This document shows positions 44,246-53,699 of a DNA stretch of 64,000 bases, piece by piece (positions within the stretch are counted from its first letter, which is position 1; each line of letters opens with the position of its first letter). The notes beneath the pieces are model-generated. The model saw only the letters and a program-made list of their open reading frames with translations, was not told the DNA's origin and did no database searches. This stretch comes from a virus. The translations under genes and the position numbers were made by a program. The stretch lies in IMG/VR virus record IMGVR_UViG_3300008255_000003, positions 65,897 through 129,896 of that record. The stretch is one strand, 5' to 3'.

Positions 44246-45307
44246 ATGGCCATTGTCTTTAATGCTCTTGAGCCAACGTTTGCAGATGTGGGCTCAGCTC
44301 CAGAATATAAGGTGAGCTTCATTGATGATCTCGCGGGAGGGGTGTTCATAGATCCTGACAGTGTTGATGCGCTTGAGATTGTTGACTCACTTGGCAATGT
44401 GTTGAGGACATTCTTGCCACCAGATATTGTCAATCCGTCCACCGGGATCTATACGGTACAAGATACACCTCTTGTCGATGCTGGGATCGTCTTGCTTCGC
44501 TGGACTTACACGGTGTCAGGAACGCAGATTAAGAGCGGCGTATCTTTTCAGGTCATAGGATCATCATCCTCTCTAAACGACATCAGGATTAAGAGAGACA
44601 TCTTGACCGCTCTCGGTGCTGGCGTCATGCGCGTTGAGCTTCCGGCAGGATCTTTGGACTACTGCCTTGATCATGCTAAGCGCTGGTTTGTGATGTATGC
44701 GGGGCAGACTAATGAGGTGACTATTGATCTTGTTGGTGGCCAGCAAGACTATGATGTCACCGATGATTGCCAGGCTGTTTATGAGGTGGCTTTTGAGCGC
44801 AATGTCCCCACCCCTTATGACTACGGCAACAATCAGCCCTACGGCGTCAACCCTGCGAGCCCAGGTGGTTACAGTCAGTCTTCGTTTGTCCAGACGTCAC
44901 AAGACAACGGCCCATTTAGTGCTATCGTGATGGACATAGCTTACAATGAGATGGCGACGCGCATTCTTGGTGGTGAGTGTCGCTGGACATGGCTACCATT
45001 CCAGCGAAAGCTGAGGATCTTCCCTTGTCCGGCGACAAGTTCTAAGGCCAGGGTTGAGTATGTTCCGGGCACGCTCAATCTAAGCAATCCTCACTCGTGG
45101 GAGTATCACTTCGTTCACCGTTACGCCCTTGCATTGGCTAAAGAGACGTTGGGCCGCATACGCTCAAAATACGGCTCTTACAGCATGGCTGATGGCGAGC
45201 GCAACCTAGATGGTGATACGTTGCTTGGCGAGGCTTCCGAGGCCAAGCAGGACGTCCATGATAAGCTTATGAAATACATGCCTACGGGCTGGATTATCCA
45301 GGGGTGA
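44246..45307 (+). CDS. Neck/head-completion protein (T4 gp13-like) with N-terminal Ig-like domain
   Basis: LGAGVMRVEL, YALALAKETLGRIRSKY, LDGDTLLGEA. Confidence 0.75.
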   Translation: MAIVFNALEPTFADVGSAPEYKVSFIDDLAGGVFIDPDSVDALEIVDSLGNVLRTFLPPDIVNPSTGIYTVQDTPLVDAGIVLLRWTYTVSGTQIKSGVSFQVIGSSSSLNDIRIKRDILTALGAGVMRVELPAGSLDYCLDHAKRWFVMYAGQTNEVTIDLVGGQQDYDVTDDCQAVYEVAFERNVPTPYDYGNNQPYGVNPASPGGYSQSSFVQTSQDNGPFSAIVMDIAYNEMATRILGGECRWTWLPFQRKLRIFPCPATSSKARVEYVPGTLNLSNPHSWEYHFVHRYALALAKETLGRIRSKYGSYSMADGERNLDGDTLLGEASEAKQDVHDKLMKYMPTGWIIQG

Positions 45308-45311
45308 TGCA

Positions 45312-46145
45312 ATGCTGATATTTAGACGCAAATATAACGACACGATCGACTTCATTATCGAAGGTGAGAGTGTCAAGAATTACCCACCAGACAAGATCAG
45401 GTCGTCATTCAAAGAGATTGGCCACGTCGTCGAACACATCCATTATGGATATAATGCTGATGGCAGGCGGTTGATCTCGGTGTCGTTATATAGGACGGCT
45501 AATGACCTTGAGCTACAGCTTGAAGAGCAGGGCTATCTGACGGCTGGCGAGTACGCCATTGCATCGGATGAGGTTGGTTCAACTGAGCCTAAGTCGCGCC
45601 CTGATGAGGGGTCTTACCTGATGCTTAAGAAGAAGATGTCGATCAGGTATTGGACTAAGGTGGCACCATCTCCTATGAGTCTTAATGCTGGCGACTACAT
45701 TCAAGTCATCGCGGTCTACCCAACGCAGGAGATCGTATTCAAGGTTATTGATGGTGAGTATATGGGCTCGTTTGGCTTCTTTGCTGCTCATGAGTGGCAG
45801 GACGTCTCGCAGCACCTTAAGCCCATGAAGTCTATCCCTGTTCAGGCCACGTCTAGTGAGGTGGTCAGGACGGACAATGCGACTAAGCCTACAAAGAAGC
45901 GAGAGCTTGGGGCTAAGCGTGATGAGGATGGCAACACTGATGATGCGACGCCCTATGTAAGGTCGGGCTCATTCGCTAGGATTAAGAAGGGCTTTCCATC
46001 ATTCAAGTCATTTAAGCGAGAGAAGCTTAAGGACTTTATGGCCACAGATCTTGATGATCTTGAGGCAAAGAAAAAGAAAGAGCGTAAAGACATGATGGAC
46101 CGCTATGACAATGACGGCGGTGGTGGTGGGAGGTTTGGAAGATGA
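45312..46145 (+). CDS. Hypothetical protein
   Basis: 277-aa ORF within the structural operon. Confidence 0.65.
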   Translation: MLIFRRKYNDTIDFIIEGESVKNYPPDKIRSSFKEIGHVVEHIHYGYNADGRRLISVSLYRTANDLELQLEEQGYLTAGEYAIASDEVGSTEPKSRPDEGSYLMLKKKMSIRYWTKVAPSPMSLNAGDYIQVIAVYPTQEIVFKVIDGEYMGSFGFFAAHEWQDVSQHLKPMKSIPVQATSSEVVRTDNATKPTKKRELGAKRDEDGNTDDATPYVRSGSFARIKKGFPSFKSFKREKLKDFMATDLDDLEAKKKKERKDMMDRYDNDGGGGGRFGR

Positions 46146-46675
46146 GTTGGTGTGATGCTGATGGTAATTGTAGCGTGATCGTGATGATCAGGTTGCCAGA
46201 TCAGGTTAAGTCCCCCCTTAAGGATTCATGGCCTAAAGACGACTATGATAAAGCTCACATCACGATGCTTTATCTGGGCAAACGATCGCCCGCTGACATT
46301 GAAAATGCAGTTAGGGCCTTGCGCTCTTTCAAGTGGAAGCCAATGCTGCTGACAATTCAGGGTTGGGGTGCATTCACGTCTGGCGAATCTAACGTTGCCT
46401 ACTTCTCACCGAAGGCGGCAAGATCAACGTTTAGCGGCGTCGATAGAGAGCCTGGCCTGCAAGACCTTCACTACGCCTTACTGCATCACTTCACCAAGCA
46501 TGGCTTTGAGGTGTCAAGGGAGCATGACTTTGTTCCCCATATCACCTTTGGCTATTTTGATAAAAGCGATGTCATCCCAGACCTTACAGCTAAGGTTGGC
46601 AAGATCCCTGGATTTAGAGTTGGCGAGCTTGAGCTGGTTGTCGCTGACCATATCCGTGCAAAGCTGGTGTTGTGA
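46142..46675 (+). CDS. 2H phosphoesterase (LigT/2'-5' RNA ligase-like; Acb1-type fold)
   Basis: Two HxT motifs, AHITMLYLG and PHITFGY, about 90 aa apart. Confidence 0.85.
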   Translation: MSWCDADGNCSVIVMIRLPDQVKSPLKDSWPKDDYDKAHITMLYLGKRSPADIENAVRALRSFKWKPMLLTIQGWGAFTSGESNVAYFSPKAARSTFSGVDREPGLQDLHYALLHHFTKHGFEVSREHDFVPHITFGYFDKSDVIPDLTAKVGKIPGFRVGELELVVADHIRAKLVL

Positions 46676-47319
46676 TGCCTCAGTACAGCCCTATATTCGA
46701 TGTGATACAGAACGCGCCGAAGCTTATCCAGTCGTGGCCTGAAGAGGTCCAGCTTCAGCTCTTTTGGGCCTATGAGTCCGCCTATCATGAGGGTGTATCA
46801 CCAAGGGGAGGACTCTTTAAGTCGTCGATCCCAGATGCAGATAAGGTGGTGAAGGGTGAGGGCAGATCCGACTTCGGCGTAGGGGCTGGCATAAACCCGC
46901 AATCATCACTCGCCGTAAGGTGGTGGAGGTCTTGTGTTGTAGAGGTTGACCCGGTTTATAGGAGTCCTGTTTCGTCAGAATTTGAAGCTCCAAGACCTAC
47001 AATGGGGGTGCTCAAGTATTCTGACAGTGGTGATAGGGACATCACGGCATCCCCTAACGGTCGCCAGCAATCAAAAACAGCTCGACTCTTCGTGCCTTTA
47101 TGGCATCATATCCTTAACGACTACCCTGAGCCGGTCGAGGGTGATCTTGTTGAGTTCTGGGCTAAAGACTGGCATGATCTGGGTACGTTCTATGATGTCG
47201 TAAAGGTGTCAAGGCATGGATACTTGGGGAGCAGCAACTATCACACAATGTTTCTGCTCGATTTACAATCCAAAGCTGAGTTCCTGCCGGAACGAAGGCT
47301 ATTAGGCAAGAGAGGATAA
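46672..47319 (+). CDS. Probable neck/head-closure protein (T4 gp14-like)
   Basis: VDPVY, PVEGDLVEF, FYDVVKV; gene position after gp13-like. Confidence 0.5.
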   Translation: MMPQYSPIFDVIQNAPKLIQSWPEEVQLQLFWAYESAYHEGVSPRGGLFKSSIPDADKVVKGEGRSDFGVGAGINPQSSLAVRWWRSCVVEVDPVYRSPVSSEFEAPRPTMGVLKYSDSGDRDITASPNGRQQSKTARLFVPLWHHILNDYPEPVEGDLVEFWAKDWHDLGTFYDVVKVSRHGYLGSSNYHTMFLLDLQSKAEFLPERRLLGKRG

Positions 47320-47320
47320 T

Positions 47321-47707
47321 ATGAGCGCTCGTGAAAAGATCCGTGAGTTAAAGCTCCAGCTTGAGGAGTTAGAGATCGAAAGGGATCAGTACGCTGAGGC
47401 CCTTTACATCGCTGAGTCAAAGCTGTCCCTGGTGCGTGTGATGGAGAAGATGCCTGAGTCGATCCATGAATCATTCGTGGCGTCGCTCACACCTGTCGAT
47501 GACTTTGAGTCGCATGATGATTTTGACAACTATGTCAAAAGCGCTGCGCTTGACTTCATCTCTGAGCACCAGACCTTCACGGGCGGCACTCAGATCCAAG
47601 AGTCGTTCAACCCTGCTGCAAGCATTGGTAGTATGCCAAGCTCTCTGGAGCGCTACGGCCTTGGCGGCTCGGTGCTTCAGAATATGCAGCGATACGTCGG
47701 CAAGTAA
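47321..47707 (+). CDS. Possible internal head protein
   Basis: Coiled-coil start; four hydrophobic-x-E-S motifs; followed by a terminator. Confidence 0.45.
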   Translation: MSAREKIRELKLQLEELEIERDQYAEALYIAESKLSLVRVMEKMPESIHESFVASLTPVDDFESHDDFDNYVKSAALDFISEHQTFTGGTQIQESFNPAASIGSMPSSLERYGLGGSVLQNMQRYVGK

Positions 47708-47723
47708 CACCATTGCAAGCCTT

Positions 47724-47753
47724 AAAGCCCTCTCAGTGAGAGGGCTTTTTTTT
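47724..47753 (+). terminator. Intrinsic terminator
   Basis: AAAGCCCTCTC/GAGAGGGCTTT followed by a T-run. Confidence 0.8.
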
Positions 47754-47763
47754 GGAGTTAAGC

Positions 47764-48486
47764 ATGAAGGTCATGAAGCAAGGTTTTGCTGAGGCAGCAG
47801 AGCGCATAAAGTGGTTCGCTGAAAACTTTGACAAGGTGCGCGATTACATCCTCATGAGGTGTGTTGAGGATGTGCTTAAGCAGGTTAGCGCGGCAGGAGG
47901 GGCGGCCTTTGAGGATTATGTTCACCGCGTCAGGATTGATATGGGCAGTGGTAATCTACTTTACGGCATATCGGTGGAACCAATGTCTGAAGAGTACAGT
48001 CTTGATGGTCTTGATGACTGTGTTTTGTTTGCTGTTGTAGACCCCGAACACGCCTCAAAATATGGGAAGCTTCTCCAGGGTGAACCTTGGCTGCCAGACC
48101 ACCTGCCCACCAATATAGATAAGGATCATGGCTACTTTCTTAGACGCGAGGTTAATGACTTAGAGCGTGAGACGGTGGGGGCTTCTAACAGAAGGTCACT
48201 GGGAAGGATGCAACCGTTGCATGTCCAGACCAAGATCATACTCCAGTATGACTGGCGCTATACCCTTCTGAGGGGTGAATATGGCCTTGGTGATAAGCCG
48301 TCTGCCCCCATCTGGGTGCCTGCGATAAACAAGATGTTTTCAACTTATACTGAAGACATACTCGAAAGCATTGCAGATATGTTAGTCAGTGGTAAGCTCA
48401 TGGAGGTAAACGAGAGCGTCTACGAGGATAGATCCTCGGAGTGGTACGAACAACACGCCAGCAGCATGATTGGCCTCCTAGTATAG
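47764..48486 (+). CDS. Hypothetical protein
   Basis: ATG after GGAG; contains palindrome copy 17. Confidence 0.65.
   Translation: MKVMKQGFAEAAERIKWFAENFDKVRDYILMRCVEDVLKQVSAAGGAAFEDYVHRVRIDMGSGNLLYGISVEPMSEEYSLDGLDDCVLFAVVDPEHASKYGKLLQGEPWLPDHLPTNIDKDHGYFLRREVNDLERETVGASNRRSLGRMQPLHVQTKIILQYDWRYTLLRGEYGLGDKPSAPIWVPAINKMFSTYTEDILESIADMLVSGKLMEVNESVYEDRSSEWYEQHASSMIGLLV
48206..48224. repeat. Dispersed palindrome, copy 17, inside a CDS (MQPLHV)
   Basis: GGATGCAACCGTTGCATGT. Confidence 0.9.
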
Positions 48487-48494
48487 GTGTTTCA

Positions 48495-49130
48495 ATGCAA
48501 GTCACTTACAAGATCGTTTCAGCTCAAGAGAACAACGCTTCACTGGTGAGGACGTGCATTCGTTCCATCGGTGGATCGATCAAGTCGCCAACAACGGCAA
48601 ATGGCCGCCCAGCCTTCATCGCCATCTTTGATGAATATGACGGCACACCAGGGCAGGTTCAGATGCGAATGGCTCGCCTGGGTTGCGAGGTGTCTGTCAC
48701 TCAATATGGTCGAGATGATGATGCGCTCGGAGTGCGCCACTATCACCCTAACCAAGACGGCGCACCTGCCGATATGGGTGATGGTGATGAGGTCGATATG
48801 CTCAACAGCTACTATGGGCAGCTTGAGTTCTACCTGTTAGGCCCTAACAATCTTAGGTCTGATGGTAATGTTCAGAGCGGCGCGCTCGGTTTGGAGGCCT
48901 ACGAGGACTATATTGACAGTCTCGCCAACGTCCTTATCGGTGGTGGCTACCCCGAAGAGGAGGCTTACGTCATGGTGTATGACTTTATCGCCATGAAGGT
49001 TGAGGATGGTCTTCTCGACGCGCCTCCTGAGTTTGAGGATGAGGGCATCGAAGTCCCTGATGAAGATTACTTCACCTGGCTTGCTCAAGCCCAAAGCCTT
49101 AACCTTAAAGGCATGATGTCTGAGGCCTAA
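48495..49130 (+). CDS. Hypothetical acidic protein
   Basis: ATG 48495 after AGGTG. Confidence 0.65.
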   Translation: MQVTYKIVSAQENNASLVRTCIRSIGGSIKSPTTANGRPAFIAIFDEYDGTPGQVQMRMARLGCEVSVTQYGRDDDALGVRHYHPNQDGAPADMGDGDEVDMLNSYYGQLEFYLLGPNNLRSDGNVQSGALGLEAYEDYIDSLANVLIGGGYPEEEAYVMVYDFIAMKVEDGLLDAPPEFEDEGIEVPDEDYFTWLAQAQSLNLKGMMSEA

Positions 49131-49131
49131 G

Positions 49132-49836
49132 ATGATCAATCCGGCAGACTGCAAGCGTGGCGAGCTTTGGCTTTATCATTATGATAAGGCCATGCTTGAC
49201 GTTCTGGCGACTGATTTTTTGCCGATACCAAACCCCAACAACATCCCGAGCCTCAAGGCGCCTTTTCATCAGGTGAGCATTGATGGGGTTAGGGGTGCTG
49301 GGGTTGACGATAAAGTGGTGGTCGCGTTTGGTCTGCCGGAGTCGATCTTTAGCGCTTATGTCTTGCCTGGTATTTGGATTAAGAGGACATCCAGGGTTGA
49401 GAGCGACAATAGGCGCACACCCGAGGCGGTAGGCTATCAGTATAGAATCCCTGCACCAGACGCCATCCTTCTGGGTGAGATCGACGGCAGGCCATACTAT
49501 GACCGCTATATCAAGCGACCTCATGCTGATGAGGTTGACATCAGCTACACCATTGAGGTCAGGGCTCGTGATGAGAGAACAGCTCAGCTCCTAGAGCGAT
49601 ATGTGCAGCGTCGCTGTCACTCTAGGTTTACCCTGATGGTGACTGACACGCTTGGCGCCAAGTCAGGCTTTAGTGTGTTCAGGGAATCCCATGATGAGGG
49701 TAGTGAGCTGATGGGGGTTTTGGATGCCTATTCTGGCTCTCTCTTCACCTATAAGGTTCAGGGCAGAATCGACACCTATGATGAGATTGAAACGTTTGGC
49801 GTGAGCAGCATTACAGTCAACGGGAGTACAATATGA
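49132..49836 (+). CDS. Probable tail terminator/sheath stabiliser (T4 gp15-like)
   Basis: VDISYTIEVRAR...AQLL pattern; position before the sheath gene. Confidence 0.55.
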   Translation: MINPADCKRGELWLYHYDKAMLDVLATDFLPIPNPNNIPSLKAPFHQVSIDGVRGAGVDDKVVVAFGLPESIFSAYVLPGIWIKRTSRVESDNRRTPEAVGYQYRIPAPDAILLGEIDGRPYYDRYIKRPHADEVDISYTIEVRARDERTAQLLERYVQRRCHSRFTLMVTDTLGAKSGFSVFRESHDEGSELMGVLDAYSGSLFTYKVQGRIDTYDEIETFGVSSITVNGSTI

Positions 49837-50306
49837 GTCGCGAATACTTATGGCAGGTCTTTGGCCCTAGGCCGTATCAGCTCACTCGCATGAGCGGTGA
49901 AGTGGTGTCGGCAGACTACTCAACACCACCTGATGAATATAGGAAGGATGGTCTTTTCTCAGTCGCTAAGAATAGCGGCTTCTTGAAGAGAGTCCCCAAG
50001 CCTGCCAGCCCTCAAGCGGTTGTCGATGTTGTTGAGGTGGTCGAAGATCTACCTCAGCATGATCAGGGTCAGTCTAATCCACCTGACGATGAGCAGTTTG
50101 AGGCTGAGAATCATGACGCAAGCCTCATTAATCTCTTAGGTGAGGAGATAGCTCAGATCTTAAAAGCTGGTGGCATTGAGAGCGTTGAGTCCCTTAACGC
50201 GCTCATTGGTGACAAGTCGGATGAATCTGCAATGGCTTCCTTGAATAGCATTAAGGGCATTGGTCGCGGCAGGGCGACTGCTATTATGGAAGCGATTGGT
50301 CGATAA
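49833..50306 (+). CDS. Protein with a C-terminal helix-hairpin-helix domain
   Basis: LKAGGIESVESL...LNSIKGIGRGRATAIM (hxxhxGhG HhH motif). Confidence 0.7.
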   Translation: MSREYLWQVFGPRPYQLTRMSGEVVSADYSTPPDEYRKDGLFSVAKNSGFLKRVPKPASPQAVVDVVEVVEDLPQHDQGQSNPPDDEQFEAENHDASLINLLGEEIAQILKAGGIESVESLNALIGDKSDESAMASLNSIKGIGRGRATAIMEAIGR

Positions 50307-50339
50307 TGGGCAACACTACCAGCTTTTAGGAGAATAAAG

Positions 50340-52979
50340 ATGCAGTTAACATATCCAGGCGTTTACCGCGAAGAGATCGCGCAGCGCCAACGAACAGTTG
50401 AGCAGCTCAATACGTCGATCTTTGCAATCACCGGGCAGTTTGAGCGCGGCCCCGTCGAAGATCCTCAGTTGGTGAGTAGTCCTGCTGAGTTTGAGCGTAT
50501 CTTCGGAAGCGTCAACGCCAAGAGCAGTGCCGCAACCCAAGTCCTGGCATTCTTCCTGAATGGTGGTGGCCAGGCTTACATCAACCGCGTCCTTGGTGAT
50601 GGCGCGACTAAGGCTGCCGCCTCATTCTCCAATGAGGTCCAGGGTGAGAGTGTCTCTATCGCCACTGGTGGAGGGGCAACGTCGAACATCGTCTACACGC
50701 CTTCACTGGCCGACCTTCCCATCAAACCAGGCTCGGCAGTGCTTAAGCTTGATGAGCAGGTTGATGTCGCGGCGGAGAATCTGGGTTCCTTCCTGACTGG
50801 TGTGACATCCATCACTGGCACGATCGGTTCAAGGGTTATCCTGCCTGGATCTGTCACGCTGAGCATTAATGGTAACGACTACACTGATGACGGGTCTGGG
50901 GTTATTAACGACTTCAACCCTGCACCAGTGGGTTCGATCGACTATCAGACTGGCGTACTGTCGTTTACGTCACCCGCGCTTAGTGCTGATGATGACCTCT
51001 TAGCTGCTTACACCTATTACCCTAGCACGCGAGTTCAGGGTGAGGTTATCGCTGAGGCTGTGGCCAACCAGCGCGTCTACCGTGGCAAGCTTGCCAATAC
51101 AGATCCTATTGGCGATGCGAATAACGCCTTTGTGCGCATCACTTGGACCGACACTGCCAATGCGTCAAAGGTGGCTACAGTAAACGCTCTCGGCGCGATC
51201 ACTGGTGATGGCACTGGTACGCTGGGTGCTGATGGTGTCTTCTCGCTCAACGTAGGTTCTACTGGGGTTAAGGACGGCACGAACGTCACGATCTCTTACT
51301 GGTATAAGACCTATGCCTTCAAGTCTGTTGACAATGGCTTAGGCTCGCTGACAGGTGCTTTGGGCACATTCACGATTGACTATGAGACTGGTGACATCAG
51401 CGGCACGACTGTGGCTACTGATGCTGTCGGCGCTGCCATTACTCTTGACTATGAGTATGTGTTGGCACCGTTAGAGACTAGGTATCCAGGCCTGTCTTCT
51501 AATGATGTTCGCGCCCAGCTTGTTGTTAATGAGAATGATGTTAGCTCTGCGACGGGCAAGCATGGTTCGTTTGAGCTTCTCATTCTTGAGGAGAGGTTCT
51601 CGGACGGTGCTTTCGCTTTGGTCGATACGATCGGGAACATCAATCTTGAGGACTCGCTGTCTCGTGACTACTACCCCACGCGAGTAAACGACACCTACCT
51701 TGGCTCAACACTTGCCGCGGCCAAGCTTGACTACACTGAGAAAGCGCCCAACAAGCTCAACGGCGCTGCTCTGACTGGTGAGGTTGTTGATGTGGGTGAT
51801 GGTAGTGTCAGGGCTATTGCCGGAACGCTTTACGCTTACGGCGGTCGAGGCATCATCCCTGGCACTGTCGTCATCTCTTACGTCAGTGGTGGTACTACCA
51901 TCACGGTCACTGATGATGGCCTTGGTTCGATTGTTGGTGATGATATTGATGGTTCGGCGCCTGCGACCATTGACTACGACACGGGCAGCATTCTCTTCAC
52001 ACCGTCTAGCGCCCCTGATGCGCTTAGTGACGTTGAGGCATCATATACAAGGCTGTCTGAGCTAACTTCGCTCACCGAGGACTTCAGCGGCGGCACTGAT
52101 GGCGCGGCAGTCACGAGGTCGAACATCATCAGCCCGCTTCTGCTCTCACAAGATCGCGGCATCTACGCCTTCAATAAGATTAATGAGATCCTGATCCTTG
52201 CAGCCGCAGACTTCCCAGGTGACGCCCAAGTTGACCAGGCCCTTCTCGCTTATGCTGAGAGTCGTGAAGACTCTATGGTGATTCTCACGAGTCCAGAAGG
52301 TTCAACTGTCCAGCGCGCAATCTCTTACAAGAGGAACGTCCTTGCGAGCAATAGCGCTCGTGGTGCGATGTATCACTCTTGGATCAAGATTGAAGATCCG
52401 CTGACGGGCCGTGCTGTTGACATCCCACCATTCGGTCACATCGCTGGCGTCTGGGCTAGGACTGATCGTAATCGCAATGTTGGCAAAGCACCTGCTGGTA
52501 CGACGGATGGTGTCCTTACGTTCATCCTTGGCTTCACGTCAGATCTTACTGAAGTCCAAGTTGGTCAGCTTAAGGCGGCTGGCATTAACTCGCTCTGGAA
52601 GCCCTCCACTGTCGAGCCTCGCTGCGTCTGGGGTGCTCGCACTCTCGATGTCAGTGGTGAGTTCCGATTCATCAATAAGCGCCGTACCGTGGACTTTGTG
52701 TCTGTGAGCGTCCAACGCAGTGCTTGGTGGGTTGTCTTTGAGGATAATGATGCGTCTACGCGCAACCTGATCCGCAACCAGATCTCCGGGTTCCTGCGTG
52801 GTTTGTGGAATGATCGTGTTCTTAAGGGTGACACGGCCAACGATGCGTTCTTCGTGGTGTGTGATTCAAAGAACAACCCCAACGCGGTCCAGGCTGGAGG
52901 TCAGTTCATTGTGGACTATGGCGTCAAAACTCGCGATACGGTTGAGTTTGTGAAGCTTAGGCACAGTCAGATCGTATGA
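50340..52979 (+). CDS. Contractile tail sheath protein with inserted domains
   Basis: YPGVYREE, FERGP, FFLNGG, PPFGHIAG...TD, KAPAG, VWGARTL, FINKRR, VFEDN. Confidence 0.95.
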   Translation: MQLTYPGVYREEIAQRQRTVEQLNTSIFAITGQFERGPVEDPQLVSSPAEFERIFGSVNAKSSAATQVLAFFLNGGGQAYINRVLGDGATKAAASFSNEVQGESVSIATGGGATSNIVYTPSLADLPIKPGSAVLKLDEQVDVAAENLGSFLTGVTSITGTIGSRVILPGSVTLSINGNDYTDDGSGVINDFNPAPVGSIDYQTGVLSFTSPALSADDDLLAAYTYYPSTRVQGEVIAEAVANQRVYRGKLANTDPIGDANNAFVRITWTDTANASKVATVNALGAITGDGTGTLGADGVFSLNVGSTGVKDGTNVTISYWYKTYAFKSVDNGLGSLTGALGTFTIDYETGDISGTTVATDAVGAAITLDYEYVLAPLETRYPGLSSNDVRAQLVVNENDVSSATGKHGSFELLILEERFSDGAFALVDTIGNINLEDSLSRDYYPTRVNDTYLGSTLAAAKLDYTEKAPNKLNGAALTGEVVDVGDGSVRAIAGTLYAYGGRGIIPGTVVISYVSGGTTITVTDDGLGSIVGDDIDGSAPATIDYDTGSILFTPSSAPDALSDVEASYTRLSELTSLTEDFSGGTDGAAVTRSNIISPLLLSQDRGIYAFNKINEILILAAADFPGDAQVDQALLAYAESREDSMVILTSPEGSTVQRAISYKRNVLASNSARGAMYHSWIKIEDPLTGRAVDIPPFGHIAGVWARTDRNRNVGKAPAGTTDGVLTFILGFTSDLTEVQVGQLKAAGINSLWKPSTVEPRCVWGARTLDVSGEFRFINKRRTVDFVSVSVQRSAWWVVFEDNDASTRNLIRNQISGFLRGLWNDRVLKGDTANDAFFVVCDSKNNPNAVQAGGQFIVDYGVKTRDTVEFVKLRHSQIV

Positions 52980-52982
52980 TCT

Positions 52983-53016
52983 TATGCCGCCCCGGGTAAA
53001 CATTCGGGGCGGCATA
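52983..53016 (+). terminator. Stable hairpin between sheath and tube (weak U-tract)
   Basis: 12-bp stem TATGCCGCCCCG/CGGGGCGGCATA. Confidence 0.55.
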
Positions 53017-53027
53017 CTTCTGAACGA

Positions 53028-53046
53028 ACATGCAACGGTTGCACGT
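53028..53046. repeat. Dispersed palindrome, copy 18, upstream of the tube gene
   Basis: ACATGCAACGGTTGCACGT. Confidence 0.9.
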
Positions 53047-53075
53047 TACGAGACTTTAGATAGAGGGCAAATATC

Positions 53076-53630
53076 ATGGCTAATAATGGTGTGAGGTCTA
53101 ACGCAAAAGACTTCCTTCAAAACTTCCGATTCCACGCGATAGCTGACCTTGCGGGTCCAGTTAAGACTAACCCGCTTGAGCGCCTTGATAGCAATATGCT
53201 TTGGGGTGGTGAGGCTGGGTTCTCCTCAGTCAGTATCCCAGAGATGAGCGTTAACGCGGTTGAGTATAGGGATGGTCGCAACCTATACACGGCCAAGCAG
53301 CCAGGCATCCCCACCTTCGACGCAGTGACGATGATGCGCGGCCAGATCATGCGCGGCACTCGTTTTATTGACTGGATGATGCGTTACTTCAGCGGCACGC
53401 AATATCGCGCAATGCTTTACATCTACATCTTCAATCAGATCGGCGGACCTAGCGAGGCTGGTGTCAACTACGATAACGCCCTCATGCTTAGGCTTTACAA
53501 CGCATTCCCGACCAGGGTTAAGTTGGCAGCAGATCTTGACAGCACCAGCGATGACGTCTCGGTTGAGGAGATTGAGCTTACGATTGAATACTTTGATGTT
53601 GTTGATCCAGTCAACCCAGAGATCGGATAG
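53076..53630 (+). CDS. Tail tube protein (T4 gp19-like)
   Basis: NFRF, GFSSVSIPE, EYRDG, PGIPTFDAVTMMRG, YNAFPT, LDSTSDDVSVEEIEL. Confidence 0.9.
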   Translation: MANNGVRSNAKDFLQNFRFHAIADLAGPVKTNPLERLDSNMLWGGEAGFSSVSIPEMSVNAVEYRDGRNLYTAKQPGIPTFDAVTMMRGQIMRGTRFIDWMMRYFSGTQYRAMLYIYIFNQIGGPSEAGVNYDNALMLRLYNAFPTRVKLAADLDSTSDDVSVEEIELTIEYFDVVDPVNPEIG

Positions 53631-53655
53631 ACTGGTCTAGGGTCTTTGAGGTCAA

Positions 53656-53690
53656 AAGACCCTGCTCGTGAGGGCAGGGTCTTAATTTTT
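53656..53690 (+). terminator. Terminator-like hairpin after the tube gene, with a competing upstream pairing partner
   Basis: AAGACCCTGC/GCAGGGTCTT followed by AATTTTT. Confidence 0.55.
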
Positions 53691-53699
53691 GAGGTAAGC

